64,000 nucleotides of DNA from Alphaproteobacteria bacterium (GTDB lineage Bacteria; Pseudomonadota; Alphaproteobacteria; 16-39-46; JABJFC01): contig JABJFC010000057.1 of assembly GCA_018662925.1 (NCBI GenBank), forward strand, positions 19,194 to 83,193, in the 5' to 3' direction. Under the pieces are notes generated by a model, which saw only the letters and a list, made by a program, of their open reading frames with translations, ran no database searches and was not told the DNA's origin. Position numbers and translations under genes: made by a program. Shown in pieces: positions 50,901-59,766 of this stretch (positions within the stretch are counted from its first letter, which is position 1; every line of letters begins with the position of its first letter).

Positions 50901-51224
50901 CCATTTTCTATCTTCAATACTACTAGTTGATGAGGGAGGTAGGGGGTGACCATGTGAATCAGTTTTGAAGCTCACCTCCCCCAGGCTACTGGTAGACACT
51001 CCTCTTTCTCTAGTAGTATTCCACTGATCCTCGTTTACAGGTTCGTCCGTTGTTGGATAGATCGAAATTTTTTTGGATGTGAATCGTTTAATACTAATAA
51101 TAGGTGATCCGGGGGAAGTGTCTTCATCTCCCTCTACTGCCCACACAAGGCTAGGGGCGCTTACAAAACAAGCTATACAGAATATGGTTGCGAACTTTTT
51201 ATAACTTAAGAAAATCGATTTCAT
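47910..51224 (-). CDS. Large secreted multidomain protein: signal peptide, Sel1-like repeat, FAD/NAD(P)-binding Rossmann oxidoreductase-like domain, Pro-rich linker, C-terminal ribonuclease-inhibitor-type leucine-rich repeats (candidate eukaryote-like effector). ORF extends to 51314; start at MKSIFLSYKK (51224)
   Basis: IVFVGSGYSSLPAAILCRSFGLNVIIVEKNERLF (GxGxxG/…E dinucleotide fold); repeated 28-29-aa LxxLxLxxNxIxxxGxxxL units (…LTHLSISRCGISDDRIE…, …LISLDASDNVFGEAGIKSIARLL…, …LSLLDLSSNSVNGQLLTTLVDSL…). Confidence 0.7.
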   Translation of the reverse strand: MKSIFLSYKKFATIFCIACFVSAPSLVWAVEGDEDTSPGSPIISIKRFTSKKISIYPTTDEPVNEDQWNTTRERGVSTSSLGEVSFKTDSHGHPLPPSSTSSIEDRKWNANQFFLNGVKALNAGNNLEAVEWFTQATNENHTRAPLFLEGMYVTCKTKLENPASRAVTPSLAKNMPTIVFVGSGYSSLPAAILCRSFGLNVIIVEKNERLFSGASILAIRLHSGGEYSTHEHTSESCMYSSLLFLQMLPEYIFANLPRLAFLVSKLKQEKLESEEELTLEQVRENYERRQEQYSELFAELRKHFDSDEETGNQFLGLPSALFEELEEDERFPQFLGGILTKEKGMNPMLVGSYLLNLLKRKNIETYTNHEVTGIIKYATYPDGETPTGYMVLAGEPTKRIHADFVVIAGSEGSYPLINKLINSTGSPTDSSIFVKHSDEEMLTIAQNLRNKLNEAADESALKESLSNVSSFVVPPPPPKEEEKVKSNSASPTDANAIPQHVTRDNTPSTSRGSSFSIAPDSPYSYKDLSRFVKHPELHIYVRGIVLAKINQNQIPIFKGHRSGLFGQPERGGAMLCPVNEKFAAIYSPTDEGCRLDSDTVSCFRSNLLGNIAALMTPSKDELDTRSQKTVDHVQGLYPGIEIEVPEMRVRCTLSTELSLRKRSPIALISAFKEANDVFFAAALKGTYAASLGILILEKLLTRFATEPGIQTLDPVLKDYILGFPGALAPVKSSTSNSRATPTDQDLDLVQVVHEAQELEQLREMASKPQTKRKYPKLDGKNHIYLPKELRLTDDSTPQDKLLALARKFAFENGFPVEFADPSYEIDGDFSVQLERVLSSKFITELNLSGRQLSDTEAETLGQQLRKHSHLTHLSISRCGISDDRIETILYDANNLISLDASDNVFGEAGIKSIARLLVLGDGNLTKLYLASSRLNQPAIEKLSPAVKRSKLSLLDLSSNSVNGQLLTTLVDSLENHETVSILNLKDNRIDVRDCSCLARLFRKNSVLKDVDLSHNSINNQGWFTMLTLGLVDVSAFKDENEEGKKEEGKNESRTDEEGPSTKLNTNGIVFNRSLQHLNLDFNSGLDDHTVRVIKYVLRQGHFGY

Positions 51225-51521
51225 TAAAGCACCAAGCTTCACATAAATACATTTTATTTGTATAATGATGATGTATATATGAAATTCAATGAAAAGAAAA
51301 TGCATAAAATTCAATTGGTTTTTTGAATGTTGCTACAATATAATGTGAGTCTGGGCTTGGTTGTGCATAAATAAATTTAATGCATTGTTAAGTGTATGTC
51401 CAAGTGGCTAAAAAACTCACTTCCAACTTTCTGAAGCTTTAAATACATTCTTTCGAGGATTCGCGGCGATACTGCGATTCTTGTCTTTGTTCAGACTTTT
51501 CTGCGCGAGGATGTGAAGAAT

Positions 51522-52628
51522 TTAGACGTTAAAGCGGAAGTGGAAGACATCGCCGTCTTGGACGAGATAGTCTTTTCCCTCTAGGCGGAGCTTGCCCGCT
51601 TCTTTGGCACCTTGCTCTCCTTTGAGAGATAAGAAATCGTTATAGGCGATGGTTTCTGCGCGAATAAACCCTTTTTCAAAGTCCGTGTGAATACAGCCAG
51701 CGGCTCCGGGTGCCTTTGAACCCTTTTGGACAGTCCAAGCCCTAGCTTCCTTGGGACCTATGGTAAAGAAGGTAATGAGACTTAGCAGAGAATAGCCCTC
51801 TCGGATGACTTGGGAAAGCCCTGTTTCTTTGAGATCAAGGGATTCAAGATATTCTTGTCGATCTTCCGTTGAAAGCTCAGCCGCTTCTGCCTCAATGGCG
51901 GCAGAGATAATGGCTGTTCTGGCTCCTACTTTTTTGGCATGTTCCGCAACCTTTTGGCTGTGTTCATTTCCAGTACTGGCTTCCTCTTCGTTCACATTAC
52001 AAACGTAGAGAATGGGTTTTAATGTCAGCAAATTTAATTGATTCAAAAAGGGCTCTTCATCGGGTGATACATCCAATAGGCGAGCAGGTTTTCCATCCTT
52101 CAAAAGTTCGAGGGCTCTTAAAATTAGGGCATGGAGCGCTTTTGCTTCAATAGCTTCCTTTCCCTGGGAGCGGGTTTTCTTTAAAACAGAAGCTTCTTGG
52201 CGCTCTAGGCTTTCCATATCGGATAGCATAAGTTCCGTTTCTATAATTTCAATATCACGAACGGGGTCGAGGGATCCTTCCACGTGGGAGATATCATTGT
52301 TCTCAAAACATCTGACAATTTCAATCAGGGCGTCCACTTCTCGAATGTTAGCCAAAAACTGGTTGCCGAGACCTTCTCCTTTGCTGGCGCCCCGCACAAG
52401 GCCGGCAATATCCACAAATTCCAGTTGGGTTGGGATGGTTTTCGCTGATTTAGCTATGTCTGACAATGTGTTTAATCGAAGGTCGGGGACCCCGACGCGG
52501 CCCACATTAGGCTCAATGGTACAAAAAGGATAGTTCGCGGCTTCCGCTGATGCCGTGGATGTTAGAGCATTAAAGAGGGTCGATTTCCCAACATTAGGGA
52601 GCCCAACGATGCCACAATTAAATCCCAT
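51522..52628 (-). CDS. ychF: Ribosome-binding ATPase YchF (Obg family)
   Basis: [19 protein letters not shown]-loop, TGS-like C-terminal domain. Confidence 0.95.
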   Translation of the reverse strand: MGFNCGIVGLPNVGKSTLFNALTSTASAEAANYPFCTIEPNVGRVGVPDLRLNTLSDIAKSAKTIPTQLEFVDIAGLVRGASKGEGLGNQFLANIREVDALIEIVRCFENNDISHVEGSLDPVRDIEIIETELMLSDMESLERQEASVLKKTRSQGKEAIEAKALHALILRALELLKDGKPARLLDVSPDEEPFLNQLNLLTLKPILYVCNVNEEEASTGNEHSQKVAEHAKKVGARTAIISAAIEAEAAELSTEDRQEYLESLDLKETGLSQVIREGYSLLSLITFFTIGPKEARAWTVQKGSKAPGAAGCIHTDFEKGFIRAETIAYNDFLSLKGEQGAKEAGKLRLEGKDYLVQDGDVFHFRFNV

Positions 52629-53277
52629 GTGAGTCTCCTATAGGGGAAGGGGTTGAGGACGGTTCTTTTGTTTTTTCTTTTGGGGGCGACATTTTAAGGG
52701 CTACATGGGTGCTCAGCCGGTCAGAATCTCCCTCCAGCCAGAATTTAATGCCCTCTGAAATGGCCAAACATAGGGTCCCAATCCAAGTGTTATCAGCTTT
52801 TGCAAAGTCTTTTAGGACGTATGAGTGGACAAGGGCTCGATCTCCGGGGTGCCCGATCCCCATTCGAAGTCGCCAATAATCGGGACCAAGATGAGCGGAA
52901 ACGCTTTTAAGGCCGTTATGGCCGGCAGAGCCACCACCCTTTTTGAGGCGGATTTTACCGGGATCAAGATCCAACTCGTCGTGAATGACAAGGATGCGTT
53001 CGGGAGGAATTTTATAAAAGCTTGCCAAGGGCAGAACAGAGTCCCCAGATAGGTTCATAAATGTTTCTGGTTTAAGGAGGAGAACGTGCTTTCCATGGAT
53101 GATTCCTTCCGAATAGAGGCCGTTAAACTTCTTTCGGAAAGGCGGAAAGTGATGAGCCTCTGCAATATGATCTACGCAAATAAATCCAATATTGTGCCTG
53201 TTGGCTACATACTTTGGCCCCGGATTCCCGAGGCCAACAATTAGAAAGATGGTTGCGGCTGTCAAAGCGGGGCCCAC
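52618..53277 (-). CDS. pth: Peptidyl-tRNA hydrolase with C-terminal extension
   Basis: [21 protein letters not shown] signature; start probably a few codons inside the ORF. Confidence 0.9.
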   Translation of the reverse strand: MGPALTAATIFLIVGLGNPGPKYVANRHNIGFICVDHIAEAHHFPPFRKKFNGLYSEGIIHGKHVLLLKPETFMNLSGDSVLPLASFYKIPPERILVIHDELDLDPGKIRLKKGGGSAGHNGLKSVSAHLGPDYWRLRMGIGHPGDRALVHSYVLKDFAKADNTWIGTLCLAISEGIKFWLEGDSDRLSTHVALKMSPPKEKTKEPSSTPSPIGDSHGI

Positions 53278-53285
53278 TGAGAAGG

Positions 53286-53987
53286 CTATTCGCCTTCTTT
53301 TTCTTTCTTGTCCTCAGCGTCTTTCTCGTCCTTACCTTCAGCAGCCTCAACACCTTCAGCGCCTTCTTCTGCAGCAGCTTCAGCGGCAGCTGCTTCTTCA
53401 GCTTCTTCTTCGGCGGTTGCAATGGTTGGAGCAACGATGGTGGCAAGGGTATTATCCCTTTCTGCATGGGTTGCTTTAACTTTAGGAGGCAGTTCAATGG
53501 CATCCAAATGGAAAGCATGTCCAATATCAAAGCCTTCCAGATCGATGGTGATGCCTTCTGGAATGGTATCGGCAGGACATGTAATTTCTAGCTCATGAAG
53601 GACGATATTAAGAACACCACCTCTTTTGAGGCCAGGGGACTTATCTTCATTCGTGAAATGCACAGGGATAAAGAGGCTAATTTCTTTATCTTTACTGACT
53701 TGGAGGAGATCCAAGTGAACAGGTTGATCCGTTACGGGATGTAACTGGAGTTCCTTAACAAGAGCACGGTGCTTTTTGTCGCCAACCGTGACTTCAAACA
53801 ATCTAGAAAAGAAAGCAGGATCATGCATCTCTATTGATAGCTTTTTCTTGTCTAAACAAAAACTGATTGGGGTAATATCAGAACCGTACAAGACTCCGGG
53901 GATGAGCCCTTCTCGCCTTAAAGCACGGGCAGATCCTGTGCCACTCTCTGAACGCTCTTTTAATTTTAGAGCTGCCATTGCCGTCAT
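53286..53987 (-). CDS. rplY: 50S ribosomal protein L25/general stress protein Ctc, Ala/Glu-rich C-terminal tail
   Basis: [13 protein letters not shown]25 N-terminal motif; 233 aa. Confidence 0.9.
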   Translation of the reverse strand: MTAMAALKLKERSESGTGSARALRREGLIPGVLYGSDITPISFCLDKKKLSIEMHDPAFFSRLFEVTVGDKKHRALVKELQLHPVTDQPVHLDLLQVSKDKEISLFIPVHFTNEDKSPGLKRGGVLNIVLHELEITCPADTIPEGITIDLEGFDIGHAFHLDAIELPPKVKATHAERDNTLATIVAPTIATAEEEAEEAAAAEAAAEEGAEGVEAAEGKDEKDAEDKKEKEGE

Positions 53988-54013
53988 TTGTCTATCTCCT
54001 CATCCACTAAATA

Positions 54014-54945
54014 TCATTCAAACAAACAGGAAACCGATCGTTCCTCACTAATCCGTCCAATAGCATCTGCCATCAAAGGCGCAACTGTGAGCTGTCTCAC
54101 CTTCGTTTCGGCGGTTACAGCTTCCGTTGCACGTATGCTGTCCGTAATGACCAATGACTCTAGAGGGGACTTGCGAACTTTCTCTAGAGCTCCGTCTGAC
54201 AGCACTCCGTGTGTGGAGTAGGCAGAGACGCTACGCGCTCCTGAATCCGTCAACGCTTGTGCAGCTTTACACAAGGTTCCGGCAGAATCTACAATGTCAT
54301 CAACAAGAATACAACGTTTATCTTTAATATTTCCGATAATATTCATAACGTCGGAAGTGCCCGGCTGCTCTCGCCTTTTATCAATAATGGCCAGATTGCA
54401 GTTTAGTCGTGTGGCAATCTCTCGAGCACGGGCAATACCGCCAATGTCAGGAGATACAATTGTGATGTCGTTGTCTGGGTATTGTTCTACTATATCGCGG
54501 TAGAAAACGGGGGCGGCATGTAAGTTGTCCACCTGAATGTCAAAAAAGCCTTGAATTTGATCCGTGTGAAGATCCAGAGTTAGAACACGGTTTGCTCCAG
54601 CCGTTGTGATGAGATTAGCGACAAGTTTTGCTGAAATGGGTGTTCGGGGGCCCGATTTTCGTCTTGGCGTGCGTATCCGAAATAGGGCATCACAGCGGTA
54701 ATGCGGCGGGCAGAACCTCTTTTGAGAGCATCGATGATAATCAAAAGCTCCATCAAGTGATCGTTGGTGGGGTAGGAGGTAGATTGAATCAAGAAAACAT
54801 CATCTCCTCGGACGCTTTCTTGTATTTCGACAAAAATTTCCTTATCGGCAAAACGTCGAATGATGGCCTTTGAAATTGGGACTGACAAATGGGTCGCGAT
54901 GTCATTCGCGAGGGGGATATTACTATTTCCGGCAAGGAGCTTCAT
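54014..54945 (-). pseudogene. prs: Ribose-phosphate pyrophosphokinase (prs) interrupted by a 1-nt frameshift near 54660/54661
   Basis: The ORFs 54580..54945 (N-terminal part, …[11 protein letters not shown]) and 54014..54532 (C-terminal part, VDNLHAAPVFY…) are both Prs. Reading the minus strand in the +1 frame after …YARQD gives [47 protein letters not shown], a perfect Prs continuation. One base appears to be missing in the Arg codon (gac[c]gaaaa). Confidence 0.85.
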
Positions 54946-55429
54946 GGCATTTTTCTTGATCGTTACAACTTGCCTTCTTTAGCACTTCTGATGGAATTTG
55001 TAAAATAGTAACCATATTTATTAACTTTTTGTAAAATTGGGGAAGTTTCCTATTTTCAATTTTGTAAAAAGGGTGTATAAAGGAAATAATAAGTAATAAA
55101 AAAAACAACACGGGGTTGGTTATGGTTAACAAAATCGTAAAGCGATTTGTACCTGCGAAAGATGTTTTCAAAGCTTTTGGCTTTGTTAGTTTTTTCTTTG
55201 TGCTAGGTTTCTCTCCTTTGGTTATGTTGAATGCAGCACAGACTGGAGAAGTCGTGCCTGAATCTACAAGTATGATGATTTTTGATATGGCCAAGGCGAA
55301 TGCGTTGGACTCATCGGGTGAAGGCAAAAATTCATTTCAGTTTTTTCTATTTCCTTAAACGGTCGTAGTTTCAAGTTACATGGGGAGTAAAGGGGGCAGT
55401 GTGCCCCCTTTTTTAGATTTCTGCTCCAT

Positions 55430-55620
55430 GGATCCCACGATACCAACTCACTCTAAGTCTCACCGGCTTAAGACGCCGGTTCGCCTAGAGTTCATAGGTT
55501 CTGGGAAGACGGGAATTGAGAGGATGCTAGAATACATGCCCCAAGCCGTCTTCCCGGCCATTAGGAATTATGGGCAAGCCGGAGGCGCGCCCATAATTCC
55601 TTATGAGCGCGGGATCCATC
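55430..55620. repeat. Dispersed repeat family, composite copy (module Y 55437-55515 then module X 55544-55620), bounded by GGATCC at both ends; internal inverted pair ctgggaagacgg / ccgtcttcccgg
   Basis: aligns base-by-base with 27124-27375 copy. Confidence 0.7.
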
Positions 55621-55646
55621 TTTCATAAATCAGAGAAGGTTCAAAA

Positions 55647-55691
55647 TCACGTCGTAGCGACCTGTCACGTCGTAGCGTAGCGCAGACGGAT
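55647..55691. repeat. Inverted copy (plus a half copy) of the 27-nt tRNA-Glu-adjacent repeat (tcacgtcgtagcgtagcgcagacggat)
   Basis: reverse complement matches 9271-9297 with 2-3 mismatches. Confidence 0.6.
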
Positions 55692-55706
55692 CACCTCTGA
55701 CTTCCG

Positions 55707-57224
55707 TCAATCCTGCACCATTTCCTGCAGAGCTTTATTATTAATCGTTACAGGGAAATGCTGTTGCAGAGCGCCGAGGAACTGTATGAAAATTTCCTGA
55801 TTCATCTCTTTTCCCAGATTTTGCCGGTAGGCTGTAAATTTAAAATGATCTTTTGCCAGCTTAGTTGGCGTGATTTTTGTAACCATAGCCACCAGATATC
55901 CCTTTGCGTTAGGAACAGCCGTTGCTTTTTTCACCGGAAGAGAAAATACCTGGGGTAAAAGGTTTTCAGGCAGGTCTTTAGGGGGAGATTGCATGGAGAC
56001 ACCTGAAACTTGCCTAGTTTTATAAAGGATTTTCCCCAGTTTTCCTGTGCCATTGATATTCTTGACCAAGGCAATAGCCTCTTTCTTCGCAAGATCAAAT
56101 TTGTTTGCCGCCATATATTTCTCTGAAACTTTCTTTTGGATGGTATTAAGGGGCGGCACGCTTTTGGAAACACTTTCCTCGGGCATGACAATATAAAATT
56201 TACCATCCTCTGTTTCCTTGAGATCGCTCTCAAAGTTTTGAGAGAGTTCAAAGCCTGTTTTGAGGATCTCCTTCGTAAAGGCAGAGTCTTTAAGGGCGTT
56301 TCGTCCCGAAGCTGTTTTACCCCTGACATCTACTTTTTCAAGCAGATGGAAAGAGAGCTTTAGGGCATTCGCAGACTCTTTAAGGGTCGCGCCTGAGGCG
56401 AGGGAATCCTCCAGTTCGTTGGCTTGCTTATAAATACGACTGAGAGCTTCCTGGCGATGTTCGTCATCTGAAAGTTCTGGGTGCTCTTTTTTTATGGCGG
56501 GGATTAATTTTTTTGGATCTAAAATGACAGAAGAAAGTGTTCTGCGCTCAGGCTCTACAAAGAGGTTCTTGTTTTCCTCATAGAACTTTTTAAGGGTCTC
56601 TTCGGAGGGCTTTTTAGAATACTTAACGCTCGAAAGAGGGATCTCTACGATCGTTAGGTTTCGTGTTTCCTGTGATTGCTTGAAAAGAGGGGCGGCGATT
56701 GGAGAGGGCGCATCTCCACCGACGGCAATCGCTTTCGTCAAAAATTCTTTCTTGAGGGCATCTCGGAGAAGATAAAGGTACCCTGATTCCGTTAGACCGC
56801 TATTGTACATGGCTGCATTGAATTTTTCCCGGTCAAACGTACCTGATTTAGTGCGAAACTGTGCGTGGACAATTTCGCGAATAGTATCATCACTAATGAC
56901 AAGTTTTAGCTTTTTGGCTTCTAAATCGAGGAGCTGGCCTTGGATTAGGTTCAGGAGAACCAATTGGGCAACTTCCATCTGAAGCATGGGGTCTGTGTCA
57001 ATTCTGCTGCCAAGTTTTTTACGAAGTCTATTAATTTCTTCGCGCATGGCACGACTGACTTGCGCCTTGGAAATGACATTATCGCCTACTTGAGCCACAT
57101 CGTCTCCCCCAAAGCGGCTCCGAAGTGAATCACCGACGCCCCACACTCCAAAACTGAGGATCAGGACGAAGAACAAGATTTTGGCAACCCATGAAGATGT
57201 ATGTTTGCGAATATATTGGAGCAT
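55707..57224 (-). CDS. ppiD: Periplasmic chaperone PpiD-like (SurA N-terminal domain plus parvulin-like PPIase)
   Basis: N-terminal TM anchor then SurA-like region (…VISKAQVSRAMREEINRLRKKLG…), 505 aa. Confidence 0.7.
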   Translation of the reverse strand: MLQYIRKHTSSWVAKILFFVLILSFGVWGVGDSLRSRFGGDDVAQVGDNVISKAQVSRAMREEINRLRKKLGSRIDTDPMLQMEVAQLVLLNLIQGQLLDLEAKKLKLVISDDTIREIVHAQFRTKSGTFDREKFNAAMYNSGLTESGYLYLLRDALKKEFLTKAIAVGGDAPSPIAAPLFKQSQETRNLTIVEIPLSSVKYSKKPSEETLKKFYEENKNLFVEPERRTLSSVILDPKKLIPAIKKEHPELSDDEHRQEALSRIYKQANELEDSLASGATLKESANALKLSFHLLEKVDVRGKTASGRNALKDSAFTKEILKTGFELSQNFESDLKETEDGKFYIVMPEESVSKSVPPLNTIQKKVSEKYMAANKFDLAKKEAIALVKNINGTGKLGKILYKTRQVSGVSMQSPPKDLPENLLPQVFSLPVKKATAVPNAKGYLVAMVTKITPTKLAKDHFKFTAYRQNLGKEMNQEIFIQFLGALQQHFPVTINNKALQEMVQD

Positions 57225-57445
57225 TTTTTTCCTTATCTCTATAGCGAATACGTTCCGGATGATAATAGCCTCTTACGGGAACGGCAAACAGAAAATTTGC
57301 AGAAAGGTGATTTTGTTGTGATTGAGGATTGGATATGGATCAGAAAATCATGCTTTTCAGGAAGGCTAGAGAATTCAATTGAGGTTTTCTCCACTGTTAT
57401 CTCTGCACTTTGATATTGTTACATCACTGTTTTAACGCTTCATAG

Positions 57446-57497
57446 TATGGTCATTATAGTGACCATATAATAGCGTTACGGTCACTATAATGACCAT
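57446..57497. promoter_or_regulatory. Two palindromic sites GGTCA-N6(AT)-TGACC 31 bp apart (tATGGTCAttatagTGACCATa and cGGTCActataaTGACCATt) in the ppiD upstream / gltA downstream intergenic region
   Basis: read directly; 57446-57467 and 57479-57498. Confidence 0.35.
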
Positions 57498-57709
57498 TTA
57501 CTCTTTGACAATCGGTATTCATTGGAAAAAAGTTTGTGATGAAGGAGATCTTAGCGAAATTGATAGATGGGGCCGGCAGTTCTTAAACCCGTTTGTATTT
57601 GACGACTTAAAGGGTAAGAGGGCATTTCTAAAAGAATTGGCACGGCAGTTAAGGAAGAGAATATCCTGATGTCAGGCTTCGGGAATCTGACATAATACCT
57701 CTGCCAACC

Positions 57710-59017
57710 CTACCGTTTTTTCAAAGGCACGTAGTCTCTTTGTGTCGGTCCGACATATAATTGGCGTGGCCGGCCGATGCGTTGATCGGGATCGGAAATC
57801 ATTTCATTCCAATGGGCAACCCACCCCACGGTACGGGCAACGGCAAAAAGAACTGTGAACATGGATTTTGGGATTCCCATGGCGCGGAGAATAATGCCCG
57901 AATAAAAATCCACATTGGGGTAAAGCTTTTTCTCAATAAAGTAGGGATCCTCGAGGGCAATGCGCTCTAATTCAAGCGCTAGCTCCATAAGTGGGTCGTT
58001 TTCTTTTCCGAGTTCTTTGAGGACTTCATGGCATGTTTTTTGGAGGACTTTTGCGCGTGGATCATAATTTTTATAGACACGGTGTCCAAAACCCATAAGG
58101 CGAATGCCGCTTTTTTTGTCTTTTGCCTTTTCTATATAGGCGGGAATGTGTTTTTTTGTTCCAATTTCCTCTAGCATGTTGAGGACTGCTTCATTGGCAC
58201 CGCCGTGGGCTGGTCCCCAAAGTGCTGTGATGCCAGAGGCAATGCAAGCAAAGGGATTGGCGCCACTGGATCCAGCCAGACGAACTGTGGAGGTTGAGGC
58301 ATTTTGTTCGTGATCCGCATGAAGAATCAGGATGCGATCAAGTGCCCTTGCTAGAATAGGATTGACCTCGTATGGAGCGCTGGGCACTGCAAACATCATA
58401 TGTAAAAGATTGGCAGCATATGAAAGATGATTTTGGGGAAAGACAAAGGGCTGTCCTTCTGAATATTTGTAAGCCATGGCTGCAATGGTAGGCATTTTGG
58501 CTATAAGCCGGTATGAGGCAATCATTCGTTGATGAGGGTCATGAATATCCAGGCTGTCGTGATAGAAGGCTGAGAGGGCTCCTACGACTCCTACCATAAT
58601 AGCCATGGGATGGGCATCTCTCCGAAATCCTCTGTAGAGATAGGTCATTTGATCGTGGAGCATTGTATGGAGCGTGATATCTTTCTCAAAGGCAGCCAAC
58701 GTCTTTTCATTGGGGAGCTCTTTATTAAGGAGGAGACAGGCTATCTCCATGAAAGAACTTTTCTCGGCCAATTGATCGATGGGATATCCTCTGTAAAGAA
58801 GGGTGCCCTTTTCTCCATCAATATAGGTGATGGCAGACCGACAGCTCGCCGTGGACATAAATCCTGGATCAAAGGTAAATTTGCCCGTTTCGCTGAATAA
58901 CTTTCGAACATCCATGACTTGCGGACCGACAGTTCCGTCTAACACGGAAAATTCTGCGAGAATATCTCCACTTTCATTTACAAGTTTTAGAGAAGATTTT
59001 TTGTCCGAAGACCCCAT
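57710..59017 (-). CDS. gltA: Citrate synthase (type II)
   Basis: [14 protein letters not shown] catalytic-site motif, 435 aa. Confidence 0.95.
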   Translation of the reverse strand: MGSSDKKSSLKLVNESGDILAEFSVLDGTVGPQVMDVRKLFSETGKFTFDPGFMSTASCRSAITYIDGEKGTLLYRGYPIDQLAEKSSFMEIACLLLNKELPNEKTLAAFEKDITLHTMLHDQMTYLYRGFRRDAHPMAIMVGVVGALSAFYHDSLDIHDPHQRMIASYRLIAKMPTIAAMAYKYSEGQPFVFPQNHLSYAANLLHMMFAVPSAPYEVNPILARALDRILILHADHEQNASTSTVRLAGSSGANPFACIASGITALWGPAHGGANEAVLNMLEEIGTKKHIPAYIEKAKDKKSGIRLMGFGHRVYKNYDPRAKVLQKTCHEVLKELGKENDPLMELALELERIALEDPYFIEKKLYPNVDFYSGIILRAMGIPKSMFTVLFAVARTVGWVAHWNEMISDPDQRIGRPRQLYVGPTQRDYVPLKKR

Positions 59018-59192
59018 TTTTTTGCTTTCTTAGTTATGCAGTAATATCACGGCTACCCTATCATCCCCAGTTTGCCTGATTTCCTTAGGAGACGCAAGAG
59101 ATGCACAGGCTTTTTCTGAAAGATTAGACTAGCATCCGAGAGCAGGATCTCGTATAAGGAGATATCAATTCACGATAGGAGCGCAATTTGCT

Positions 59193-59744
59193 ATGTCCGG
59201 AAGCATAAATAAGGTAATTCTTGTCGGCAATTTAGGCCGAGATCCTGAAACTAGAATGACACAAGATGGTGGAAAAATTGTTAATCTTTCCATTGCCACA
59301 TCTGAAAATTGGAAAGATCGCACGACGGGCGAACGTCGAGATCGCACTGAATGGCATCGCGTCGTTATTTTCAATGAACGGTTGTCGGAAGTTGCAGAGC
59401 GGTATTTAAAGAAGGGGTCCAAAGTTTACTTGGAAGGACAACTTCAAACACGCAAGTGGACGGATCAGAGCGGTGTTGAAAAATATACCACCGAAGTCGT
59501 TCTATCTAAATTTAGAGGCGAACTCACAATGTTAGATAGTCGTGGGGGTGGCGAAGGTTTTGCTCCGGGTCCTGATAGTGGTTCTTTTGCTGGTTCGGGT
59601 AAAGCTGCGACTGATGTTTCAGGGTCTCCTGCAAACTTTGGTGGATCGGGTAGTTCAGGCCCTGTGGCGGCAGCTGCGAGCCAGAGCAGTGGAACATCTG
59701 CACCCAGTTCGACCAACGATTTTGACGACGACATTCCCTTTTGA
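59193..59744 (+). CDS. ssb: Single-stranded DNA-binding protein
   Basis: OB-fold N-terminus ([14 protein letters not shown]), Gly-rich linker, acidic C-terminal DDDIPF. Confidence 0.93.
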   Translation: MSGSINKVILVGNLGRDPETRMTQDGGKIVNLSIATSENWKDRTTGERRDRTEWHRVVIFNERLSEVAERYLKKGSKVYLEGQLQTRKWTDQSGVEKYTTEVVLSKFRGELTMLDSRGGGEGFAPGPDSGSFAGSGKAATDVSGSPANFGGSGSSGPVAAAASQSSGTSAPSSTNDFDDDIPF

Positions 59745-59766
59745 TTCATAAAACTAAGAGACAATA

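Noticed and set aside
53123-53598. Several 95-135-aa ORFs in alternative frames over rplY (Gln/Leu- or Ser/Ala-rich translations)
   Set aside because: Produced by the GC/Ala-Glu-rich low-complexity tail of rplY read in other frames
54923-55358. ORF 54923-55327 (-) and small membrane-like ORF 55116-55358 (+) upstream of prs
   Set aside because: The minus ORF overlaps the prs start and looks spurious. The plus ORF has a weak RBS and no support, so it is kept only as a possible small membrane protein.
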